Source: Squalus acanthias
Lineage: Eukaryota
DNA: 64,000 bases
Assembly: GCA_030390025.1 (NCBI GenBank)
Contig: CM059432.1
Location: 59,336,001 to 59,400,000, forward strand
Reading direction: 5' to 3'
Shown here: one piece after another, positions 51,543 to 63,134 of the stretch
How positions within the stretch are numbered: the stretch's first letter is position 1
Layout: each line of letters begins with the position of its first letter
Made by a program: the position numbers and the translations under genes
The notes under the pieces: model-generated
Told to the model about the DNA's origin: nothing
Seen by the model: only the letters and a program-made list of their open reading frames with translations
The model's database searches: none

Positions 51543-53174
51543 CCACTCCTGCTCCTCTTGGCCCACAAGGAATGCTGTAAAAAGCACTTACCTTCTTGAA
51601 TCGGCAGCTCCCGCCTCTATTTCATTGCCGAGTTTCCCAAACTCTGGGAAACATGGCCAGCAACTGTTAAATTTAAACCGTGGGACCCTGACTTAAGTAT
51701 GATAATGAAATGTTCCACCTCTCCAAGCAGGGACACACGCAAGCCTCGCAACCCACTGCTGTTTAAACGGCAATGGGCACGTACTCTGCGGGATCCGTTC
51801 CTTTTTTTTAGGGTTTAAACCCCCCCCCCACCTCCTCCTGCTCGTCATGGGGTGGAGGATGAATATCAACCCCATTATTTCAGTCTGAAGTCTAAAATAT
51901 GTCAGCTTTTGTGCAAGAAAAATTGAAGGAGACACACAAAACATAGCAAGACTATCCCTAGTTGTTCTGAAATATTGTCAACATATTTTCATGAGGCCTT
52001 TCATTTTGCAGATTTTTCGAATTGGAAAATCCATGAAGATAGATCCCAAGGAAAACTAAAGCCCATTAATTATTAAACATAAGCAGAATTGTAACAATTA
52101 GTATTGCATGATCAGTAAAATGAAAGTTTAGCAAAAGTAAAATGTAATTTTAAAAATACAAAATCTAAATGCAACTAAACTGAAGTGTTTTTCAAGCCAC
52201 TCCACTACTTGCAATCCTATCCGGGTTTCCTTAAGCTTTCTGCATCCTCGCTCAGACTCCTGGGGCTGGATTGTCCTACTCGTTAGCTTGATTCCCAGTC
52301 CAGTCCTGCCCTGTCCCCTTCCTGGTTTTGGACTTGGCAAAAGAGGAGAATACTGTATCAGATACAACACAAGGCAAAGGGCTGTGCAGTGCCAAATTTA
52401 TACCAAACAAACTGCAGCTCAATTGTGGTTTCAGGAGACATAAATCCGAGAGAGTAAAACTCAGAATATGCAGTCATCAGACAGCTCCACATGCAGGTTA
52501 TCTGATCCCACCATTCCGACAACTGGGACTTCACAGGAGTCTTATTGTCTGTTGCAAGAGCAGACCCATAGCTGGTGTTTACTCAATGACTTCATTGACA
52601 TCTTTATCATACCATAGCCGTCTTGTATTCATTGCCTGCACACAGCTAATTCATTAGATGTGAGGGCCACAACACTTACAGCAATTCTAAAATGAAAGAA
52701 ATGAAACAGAAATCACATGCCTCACAACTCCATGCCATGTATAAAAATAGAAAATGGTGGAAATGCACAACAATTCCATCAGCATCTGAAAAAGCAAATA
52801 GGTCAACTCTTTGGGTGTAACCCATCATAGATCTAGGCAGAAGCATTGATCTATTTTCAAATTTCCAACATTCACTGTTGTCTTAACAATACCATCTGAG
52901 CATGTTGAGAGAGAATTTGCTCTAATAAGAAAAACAGAAGCTCTGTAATCAACTCTGAAAATCCTCACTGTAATCAAGCAAAACATTTTTATTACCAATA
53001 GGATTGTCAGCTGTCCTAGTATTTCACTATTTAAACAACTCATTTTATTAAACAGTGACCAGATGCTTCAGGGATACATTTGTCAGGATACTAGAAGAAT
53101 GCTCCTGCTCACTTCAAATAAATGAGTGAGAAGTCGCACAACACCAGGTTATAGTCCAACAGTTTTATTTGAAA

Positions 53175-53212
53175 TCACAAGCTTTCGGAGCTGCTGCCCC
53201 TTCGTCAGGTGA
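53175..53212 (-). ncRNA. Minimal hammerhead ribozyme motif, left arm
   Basis: Reverse complement of 54232-54269. Confidence 0.7.
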
Positions 53213-54231
53213 AGTGAAGGAATACGAATCGGCAAAGCATATATAGACAGAGAACAATGCCTGTGTAGCGTACAATGTCAGACGACTACAGTTAATCTTT
53301 CTGACTGCCTTTTATCACACCTCGGCAGAGAAACAATCAGGTCAGGAAGGCATTATATCAAAGACATAGCAAGATACAGCTAAGACAATGAGGTGGGGTC
53401 ACAGGGGGTCTAATGTGTCAAATGCAGTCTGTATAAACTTCAAAATTTTTACTTTGTTTTTTTAAATGGAAATCACATCTGTGAACAAGCCAACGACGAC
53501 TCGAGTCTGGATGACTCTACGTCATGTAGCGTGACATGAACCCAAGATCCCGGTTGAGGCCGTCCTCATGGGTGTGGAACTTGGCTATCAGTTTCTGCTC
53601 GATGATTTTGCGTTGTCGTGTGTCTCGAAGGCCGCCTTGGAGAACGCTTACCCGCAGATCCGAGGCTGAATGTCCTTGACTGCTGAAGTGTTCCTGCCTG
53701 GCGATTGTTGCGCGGTGTCCGTTCATACGCAGGATTGTTACCTCCCAGTCGGGGAACACTTCAGCAGTCAAGGACATTCAGCCTCGGATCTGCGGGTAAG
53801 CGTTCTCCAAGGCGGCCTTCGAGACACACGACAGCACAAAATCATTGAGCAGAAACTGATAGCCAAGTTCCACACCCATGAGGACGGCCTCAACCGGGAT
53901 CTTGGGTTCATGTCACGTTACATGACGTAGAGTCATCCAGACTCGAGTCGTCGTTGGCTTGTTCACAGATGTGATTTCCATTAAAAAAAAGTAAAAATTT
54001 TAAAGTTTATACAGACTGCATTTGACACATTAGACCCCCTGTGACCCCACCTCATTGTCTTAGCTGTATCTTGCTATGTCTTTGATATAATGCCTTCCTG
54101 ACCTGATTGCTTTCTCTGCCGAGGTGTGATAAAAGGCAGTCAGAAAGATTAACTGTAGTCGTCTGACATTGTATGCTACACAGGCATTGTTCTCTGTCTG
54201 TATATGCTTTGCCGATTCGTATTCCTTCACT

Positions 54232-54269
54232 TCACCTGACGAAGGGGCAGCAGCTCCGAAAGCTTGTGA
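54232..54269 (+). ncRNA. Minimal hammerhead ribozyme motif, right arm
   Basis: TCAC-CTGACGA-A-GGGGC/AGCA/GCTCC-GAA-AGCT-T-GTGA. Confidence 0.7.
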
Positions 54270-54641
54270 TTTCAAATAAAACTGTTGGACTATAACCTGG
54301 TGTTATGCGACTTCTCACTTTTGTCCACCCCAGTCCAACACCGGCATCTCCGCATCAAATAAATGTGTTGCAGGATCTTTTACAACCACCAGAGCAGCCA
54401 GACAGGTCCTTGGTTTAACATCTCATCTGAAACACGTCAACTCACTTTCTTGATTTTGCAGGTTCCACAGAGCAGGTGGGTCACCTGAACAGAGCGTCAG
54501 TGACTTTCTTTATACAGTGGTGTGTTGCTGTCTGACTAATGTGACAAAGGTCACCCAAGTCTACCCAAAAGGTCCAAATGGCAAAAAAATATTCAAGGCA
54601 GTGGTCATTTTCACTGCTACAGACAATGATGTTCTCCTGGT

Positions 54642-55408
54642 TCCCACTGTCCAGGGCCCCAAACACCCCATCCAGGTGAAACAGCGATTTACTTGTACTT
54701 CCTGCAATTTAGTATACTGTATTCGCTGCTCACGATGTGGTCTCCTCTACATTGGGGAGACCAAACGCAGATTGGGTGACCGCTTTGCGGAACACCTCCG
54801 TTCAGTCCGTAAGGGGGACCCCGAGCTCCCGGTGGCCTGTCACTTTAATTCTCCGCTCCACTCCCACTCTGACCTCACCGTCCTCGGCCTATTACACTGT
54901 TCCACGGAAGCTCAGCGTAAGCTCGAGGAACAGCACCTCATCTTTCGTTTAGGCACCCTACAGCCCTCTGGACTCAATATCGAGTTCAACAATTTTAGAT
55001 CATAACCTCAGCCCCTATCACATTTAGATTTTATTTTTTCATCCACCCTTTTGTTTGCCCCCCCCTTTTTTTTCCTCCCAGAAGCTGGCAGCTGTCCTTC
55101 ATTCTGCCAGTGCATTTCACACTTCTTTTAGCCTCAACCTGTCACATTAACACCTCCTCTTGCATTGATTATCTCTTAATGTCTCTTAATCTCTCCTTTT
55201 GTTCTTTCATCCCCTCCCCCTTTTCCCAGCTTTATCCTAGCTTTAAATCTATTTCATTTCCTGCTTTTTACCAGTTCTGACGAAAGGTCTTCGACCTGAA
55301 ACGTTAACTCTGTTTCTCTCTCCACGGATGCTGCCTGGCCTGCTGAGTTTTTCCAGCGTTTTCTGTTGTTATTTCGGATTTCCAGCATCCGCAGTATTTT
55401 GCTATCGT
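54642..55408 (+). mobile_element. 5'-truncated Penelope family B element with an open GIY-YIG endonuclease frame
   Basis: FTCTSCNLVYCIRCSRCGLLYIGETKRRLGDRFAEH...HF...H...GLN to a stop at 55005. Perfect 17-bp TSD AATGATGTTCTCCTGGT (54625-54641, 55409-55425). Confidence 0.93.
55273..55309 (+). ncRNA. Minimal hammerhead ribozyme motif in the Penelope B 3' region
   Basis: AGTT-CTGACGA-A-AGGTC/TTC/GACCT-GAA-ACGT-T-AACT. Confidence 0.75.
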
Positions 55409-57298
55409 AATGATGTTCTCCTGGTGGAAGTGGGCTGCAGGTCTTCTGCCAGTAGCTGGCATAACTCCCCAGTAGCCTCAGAGGAGGGGGAACCGAGAGG
55501 CAACTTTTTGTGGCACTGACAGGCAAAGAAATCTAAATAAGTCGTTCTACATATGTAAACCCTGTAGAGTGAGTATCTACATGTTGTAAACAATCATCTT
55601 CCATGATACTTCACTCTAAGGGCCTCCAATCTAGCCTCTTCTATTTCTTCACCCTTCTCTTCATAGTACAGGAAAGAGATTCCCATTGGGAAATCCATTT
55701 CCCCAGTACAGAAATTTAGGGGTCGATTTTTTTACCTTGGCGTGGGCGAGGGAGGAGAGAAACCCCTGTGGAGACATCAGCCCGAGGCACAGGCCGTTTT
55801 AACATCTGGGTCTCATTTAAATACTGTAGCACTGTCTCACGCCCAACACCAGCGGGACTGACGTCACAGCCATCAGGCTGGTGCAGAAATAGGAGGGCAG
55901 ATAGATGACAGAGGCAACCCAATATGAAAAATGTGAAAGAATATATTTTGAAGTAAGATTAGCTGAAGGAAGTGCACCTTACATGGTAAAATTTTAAAGA
56001 GAACTGAAGAGCAAAGGGATCTTAGTCATTAAAGGTGACCTGATAGAAGTCTTCAAGATTATGAAGAGTTATGATAAGGTAAGTAGTAATAGACTGTTAG
56101 CAAGATGGTAATCAGAGGGCATACATGTACAATAAACAAAAGGATTAAAAGAATTATGTCGTAATACAGATGGTGTTCAGAATGGAGAATTTTCTGCCAC
56201 AAACCATTGTTGAAAGAAGCCATTTTTTATTTTTAAAGGGAAATTAGATAGCTGCTTAAACAAGAGGAATATTAAAAAGATCTGGGGAATGAGATTAGAC
56301 TAGATGGCTCATGTGGAGACGAACATCAGTACAGACTTGATGGGCGGAATGGCCTGTTTCTGTGCTGTAGCCGTCGAGGATTGTTGATCCACATTGAGAA
56401 ATACAACGTATTCCATATTTTCCAGACAGGTAGCAGCAACAAAGTTCTAATATATCTCATCTCCCATTATTCTGCCCAACACCAGTAGAACATCTCTTAT
56501 TTCACCATTTTGTTTCAAGGGCCACCGTCATGATCACTCCAATTTAGTTACAATTTGTGCTAAATTCTAATTTAAATATTCCTTCATAATTCCGCCCACT
56601 CCCATCATCAAAATGCAAACAGAACTAGAGAAGAATGGTCACACATTGCTGTTAATGTAACCTCCCTGCTCCCAATCATGCATGTAGAAAAATAAAACAG
56701 CGCAAAGATTCTCAGGATCCCCGCCACACAGGTTATGACTAAATTAACCCATTGCCAGTGTACTGGAAGAAATTTCAGCGATTGGTTTCACATTCATGTT
56801 GTTCTTGAATTTTGAAGGCAATAGCAGAGATCCACTGCTAGCACCTCTGGTGTGATGTTAGATTCACTGCTGGCCTGTGGCTCATGTGCTGTATTGCAAT
56901 CTACCCAACAACGCATGACAGTATTTATCTGGCACTATCTAATTACTGTTATTATATTCTTATGGGACATATAAATTTCCAATGTCTACACTTTAAGTGA
57001 GGATTGTCAGTATTTTGGGAATTAAATTAAATTGTGTGGTTTTTGAAACAGCCAAACACTATTTTTGTCGTTGTGCATCATAATGTGGAGTGCGTATTCA
57101 GAATGAAAACTCCAAAGGGCTGGCAAGGAACTTCATGGGTTTAGCAATGCACCTTTAGAATAATGATATAATGGAATCCTGAATTACTTAGTCAAGATAC
57201 ATGGAAGAATTCCTTCTTACTAAGACTATTTAGAAGAGAACAGAATTTCCATACTAGTACCAAATCATGTGCAAATTGGAAACTTGAAATTCCTACTA

Positions 57299-57630
57299 CA
57301 GGAAACTTTCGTTTATCCGGCACCGACGGGACCGGCGTGGTGCCGGTTGATCGAAAGTGCCGGATGACAGAGAGGTATACTTACCAAGGTACGAGAGCCC
57401 CGTACACGGCCACAGGCTGAACAATTGGGACCCGGAGAGGGAAGGTAAACGAGACTCCGGCTTTTTCCTCCGTGGCGGCGACAGGTCGGAGTCGGAAGAA
57501 CGTTGACCCCCCTTTCGTGGGGGCGAAAGGTCAGAATCGGGGTCTTGTCTGGATAATAAAACTTACCTGATTTTTGCCGGTTAAGCGAGAATTCCGGATA
57601 TTAGGGTGCCGGATAAACGAAAGTTTCCTG
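57299..57630. mobile_element. pogo/Tigger-like MITE
   Basis: Perfect long TIR CAGGAAACTTTCGTTTATCCGGCACC flanked by TA on both sides. Confidence 0.9.
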
Positions 57631-57789
57631 TATTACTTTTCATTTGAAGATTCTTTTCGTGAACTTTGCATTCAGTGGTGACAGACAGAACCACTTGTTG
57701 CAGAAGCTGACAGAATGTCACTACTTGCAAGTAAAATGTTATCACTTTTTGCACTCAGTGGCAGCATCATGCTTTCCTCGGTCAAAAAA

Positions 57790-58245
57790 GAAAGACTTGC
57801 ATTTATATAGCGCCTTTAATGACCACCGGACGTCCCAAAGCACTTTACAGTCAATAAAGTACTTTTTGAAGTGTAGCCACTGTTGTAATGTAAGAAACGC
57901 GGCAGCCATTTTGCGCACAGCAAGCTCCCACAAACAGCAATGTGATAATGACCAGATAATCTGTTTTAGTGATGTTGACTGAGGGATAAATATTGGCCAG
58001 GACACCGGGGATAACTCCCCCGCTCTTCTGCGAAATAGTGCCATGGGATCTTTGACATCCAGCTGAGAGAGCAGAGGGGCCTCGGTTTAACGTCTCATCT
58101 GAAAGACGGCACTCTGACAGTGCAGCACTCCCTCAGTCCTGCACTGGAGTGTCAGCCTAGGTTTTTCTGCTCAAGTCTCTGGAGTAGAACTGAAACCACA
58201 ACCTTCTGACTCAGATGTGAGGGTCCTACCAACTGAGCCAAGGCC
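57790..58245 (-). mobile_element. Full-length DeuSINE
   Basis: Colinear with 32046-32507. Confidence 0.88.
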
Positions 58246-59555
58246 GAGTCAGGTATAGTACAGATTAGATGATGAAACCACCCACTACATTTTCCCCAAC
58301 AACAGGTCTTAACCCAACCTCACACAAGCACCCATTATGGTACCAGTGTTAGCTGGTGTAAAAATGCAAAGCTATCATTCTGGCCTCTCAGTGTGACACT
58401 CCCAATATTATGCCAATTAATGCCAAATTATGAGCAGTTTTCTGCCATGGATCTCTGTTCACTCATAACTGGACCTAGAAATGCCTTAATTTTTTTCACA
58501 GAACTCCTTCAATCTGGGCTAGACTCAAGCCTACAAAGAGGCAGTGCACTAACTTACTGCACCACCCAGTAACCCTGCCTACATCTTCGGTAATGCAATA
58601 TGAATTACATATTCTCAACAGGATTTTTTTTTTAAACTTGCAAGCAAAAGGCTGCGGTCATACGGGAAATGGGTGTCTGGGTCCATTCTGGGATTACCAC
58701 AGGAATTTAGCCCTGCACTCAATTTTGTTCACGAACCCTTGTCCCATCACTATGCAGTGCAGCACACTGGAATCCTCAAATTACATATTTCTCCTTTGTG
58801 CAAAAAGAGAGAAATGAATGAATAGAAGAATTACATTTTAACACAACAGAAGTACCAGGGCCTCTGACTGGTGTATCATTCTCCACTTCTGTAGTCAAGC
58901 CCACAGCAGGTCAAAACTCTAGGAATTTGAAATTCCCACAATTAGTCAGTCAATCAAAAAAAAAGCACCATACTGACTGATGGACTGAATGTACCACAAG
59001 CCAACATTATTTCTCATTTTAGTCATCTAAATGCATAAATCCTATCGACAACTAATTGAAAAAACTCCACAAGTTCTCTTACTGTTGCCACCATTAAATA
59101 GCAGTCGTCGTGACCATGGGTAATGTCTGCTAGCAGTAAGTTCTACTGCCTTTCAGCCAGACAATTCACCCCTGAAAATATTCCAACGTGATTTGTGTAA
59201 ACTATAAATATTGATACAAGACATGTTACTTTTAACAATTAAAATTTGAACTGAATTTGGAAATGTTAATTTATGGATCAACACACCTACAGACCAATTT
59301 TCCCAATTTCAACCATAGTGGACTTGTGTTGCCTTCCTGCATTATAACATGGTAGCATACATGTTGAAGATAGATAATTTCACTTCCCTGCTGTCAAATT
59401 TCCTATCATAATGGCAGGTAAGTGTCTGCCATCACAATAATAAGGGCTTTTCAAAAGATAATAACATTTGTTCAAGTTAAAGAAATGTTTCTCCTGCTGG
59501 CTGATTGTTTAGAGGTAAGCATCCCAGGGATGTCAGTCAAGTGTGCATCCATTTA

Positions 59556-60081
59556 GTTTGTGTAGTAACAACAGTGGATGCAGCAACTATATGTGAACAT
59601 GCCTTCATTTTTCCTACTTCTGGGCTTATCTATTGAGGAAGATGTCTGTGGCCTTTTGCTACTGTGAACAGATTAGTGTGCGTTAATGTTGAAGTATAGT
59701 GTGGAGTTGTATGTGTGTTCTTGAGGAGTCCAAGGTGATTCACAGTGGGGAGCAGGACTAGGATTCAATCTTCAGATTCAGCCTCACCAATAGCCACATG
59801 GTGTACTTATAAGACAAGTACAAAATTAAATCCGAGGCTGAATCCTGGATTTTTAGTATGGCTATCAGTGCGGTTGGATCCAAAGACCGAACCCTAGTTC
59901 TGCTCTCTACTGTGAATCATCTTAGATGCTCAGAGAACACAGATACATCTCCACACTAGACATCTAGGGACCATGAACATGTACAACAGCAGCCACCTCG
60001 CTCAATGGGTGAATGTAGAAGTAGGAAGAGTAAAGGCATGTTCACATATAGTTGCTGCATCCACTGTGTTACTACACAAAC
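59556..60081. repeat. Nested inverted repeats (probable MITE within a MITE)
   Basis: Outer arms 59556-59621 / 60017-60081 and inner arms ~59699-59800 / ~59858-59956; both pairs are flanked by TA. Confidence 0.8.
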
Positions 60082-60619
60082 TAATGTTGTCTCCTCCATC
60101 AACAGTGCAACAAAAAACCCATCATCTATGTTGTGCCAACTGGCAACCACAATTTATCCAGGTTTAGGCATACACAGAGCATCCAGGAGGTGGTACTTGT
60201 GTACACAGTACCGGACACCAAGACATACAGGATCCCTGCAGCAGCAGATAATGACTTAAAGAAACATTCACAGTGCAGACAGAAGCTGACACTGAGATAC
60301 AGATACTACAATTACCATTACAGGTTCAACTGCAGCAACTTGCACTTATAGATCACCTTTAACATGGCAAAGTGTCCTTGGAGAAACCAGATACCAAGCA
60401 GAGAATATTAGAGGTACCAAGACAAAGGAGTTAGGAGGAGAATTCCATAACACAGAAGCATGATGGCTGAAGGCTCAACTATTGATGAAGGATGGACAGC
60501 GCTTTAGTAGAGCAGTCAGAAGGTGGAAGCTGGGACATAGAACTGAGCTGCACAGATAGGATTAAGCAAGGCTGGGGGGGGATTTATAAACAAGGATCAG
60601 GATGTTGGAGGCAATAACT

Positions 60620-61345
60620 ATCTCCAACAAGATAGAGTCTAACCACCGCCCCTTGGCATTCAACAGGATCACCATCGCCGAATCCCCCACCATCAACATC
60701 CTGGGGGGTCAGCATTGACCAAAAACTTAACTGGACCAGCCACATAAATACTGTGGCAACAAGAGCAGGTCAGAGGCTGGGTGTTCTGTGGCGCGTTTCT
60801 CACCTCCTGACTCCCCAAAAGCCTTTCCACCATCTACAAGACACAGTCAGGAGTGTGATGGAATACACTTCACTTGCCTGGATGAGTGCAGCTCCAACAA
60901 CACTCAAGAAGTTCAACATCATCCAAGACAAAACAGCCCATTTGATTGGCACCCCATCCACCACCTTAAACATTCACTCCCTCCACCACCGGTGTACTGT
61001 GGCTGCAGTGTGTACCATCTACAAGATGCACTGCAGTAACTCGCCACAGCTTCTTCGACAGCACCTCCCAAACCCGCGACCTCCACCACCTAGAAGGACA
61101 AGGGCCGCAGATGCATGGGAACATGATCACCTCCAAGTTCCCATCCAAGTCACACACCATTCTGACTTGGAAATATATCGACGTTCCTTCATCGTCGCTG
61201 GGTCAGAATCCTGGAACTCCCTCCCTAACAGCATTGAGGGGGTACCTTCACCACACGGACTGCAGCAGGTCAAGAAGGCAGCTCACCACTACCTTCTCAA
61301 GGGCAATTAGGGATGGGCAATAAATGCTAGCCTTGCCAGGGCTTC
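60620..61345 (+). mobile_element. 3' end of the second LINE family
   Basis: ORF 60753-61310 (RAGQRLGVLWRV...VRSVMEY..LAWMSAAPTTLKK) matches the reverse complement of 14920-15620. Confidence 0.85.
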
Positions 61346-63134
61346 CCACAACTCAAACAAATTTTAAAAAAGTAAGGTTAAACAGTAGGGATCTGTGAGG
61401 ACCAAGGTTAGTGGAACAATACGGGATTCAAGCACTAGAGTTGATTCAAGCGCTGGGTGAGCTGGATTTTTTACAGGGTGGAATTCAGGAGGGTGGCAAG
61501 AAGAGCATTGGAGAAGTCTGAAGTTAAATGGAAGAAGCTAACACTAAGTCATACAGGAACAGTCAACGAAAATAATGAACATACAACAGTTTATATTGAA
61601 ATATTCACAGTACACATAGAAACTGATAGCCATAAATAGTAACTGCAGTTCTTGATACCATGTTACACAGACACATATAAAAGCTAATAATCAGGCATAA
61701 TCACCTTGACTTGAAGAGCTAGCACTGGCACAGCTATGCTAAGCCAAATGCCTTTGTGATGTAATTTCTATGATTCTATATATGTTGCATACGGTGGCTA
61801 AAGGAATCTACACAGGATAAGGAGGAACCGACACTGGGACATACACACTACATACCGGAACTGATCATGAGACATCCACAATACATACTAAGGCTGGCAC
61901 TGAAACATACTGTATACATAATGGAAGTGGCACATAGAGCAACTAAAAAGAGTCAATACAATGGATATGCATAAGCTGACACTGACTAAACACAGAATGT
62001 ACAGGTGAGACACAGACATAGATTTTCTGAATTTTGGGTGTTATTTTGTGCTAATTTTGGCCAAAGTCAGCTGCAAGGAATTAAATGATTTCTTTGTCAT
62101 TAATAAAACAAAATGTCCATAATCCAAAAAAACTAGGAAACCAAAAGTCGAAACACAGGGCACTCAGTGCAACAGCAGGCAATGGACTGGATCAATAAAC
62201 AGAAATCTATTTTTTGTGAAATAGTACGTCGTGTGGTGTGGTGCGGGGGGACGGGGGGCTGAGTTTTTCTATCTTGCCAATTTCCTTAAATTTCAAGGCG
62301 ATATTAGTATTTTAGGGTTTCAGTATAAAAAACATGTTGGAATTTATTTTAGGAGGTCAATTCTCAGGTTAAAAGCACAAGATCTGTACATACACAAAAT
62401 GACATTGAGACATTCATTACGGGTGTGCGTTGTGACATACACAGAAGGTGTTAGAGCTGCCACTGAGTCATACACATTACACAAGGAGATGGAATAAAAC
62501 TTCATGCATTAATTAGCTGCCACTAAGATATACAAGACCCCATTTTCTGAAGTTCCAACAGTGGCACAAAGCTTTGCTGGAGGCGGTGGATGGTCAGAAA
62601 ATATGGGCACAGCCTTGAGTGCCTAATTCACTGGACACCACATTTTGCAAAGCACAATTTCAGGGGTCAAAGTGAGGTAACACTACAGGTATGCATGAGT
62701 CTCATTAGCATGGAAGACATTTATTTACAATTTGTCTTGCATCACTGTGATTTATACACTGCAGCTGCATAGCAGTTCTGTCCCTCTCAGTGATGGCAAG
62801 CCAGTCAGGAGACCAGCATATCAAATTAACACAACCCAAAAAAATGGCAGGAGCAGGAAAACACAAACCATGTTCTGTACAAGATATGTACAGAAGCGGA
62901 GACATACTCAGTATATACAAGATACAGAGACATTCACTGTGCAGACAGGAACTGAGTGTGACACAATCACTGTACATATAGGAGCTATTATAGAAACATT
63001 CTCAGTACGTACAGGAGCTGTCAGCTACACTGAGACATACACTATACAGCAGAAGACCCTATTACTATTTACCCATTGAGTGAGTACTGTATCGAGACCA
63101 TTTCATTATATTGGAGTGAGAAGCTGTCCCGTAA

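Larger units (their letters stand above)
53125..54354. mobile_element. 1.2-kb palindromic Penelope family A insertion within a decayed DeuSINE
   Basis: About 570-bp near-identical inverted arms (53125-53694, 53753-54319), each encoding the endonuclease C-terminus EHFSSQGHSASDL...GLNRDLGF. 35-bp tail at 54320-54354 and 11-bp TSD TCAAATAAATG. Confidence 0.92.
54480..55560 (-). pseudogene. Harbinger DDE transposase N-terminal remnant split by a Penelope insertion
   Basis: ELCQLLAEDLQPTSTRRTSL on one side and GDLCHISQTATHHCIKKVTDALFR on the other resemble the HARBI1-type helix-turn-helix region. Confidence 0.7.
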
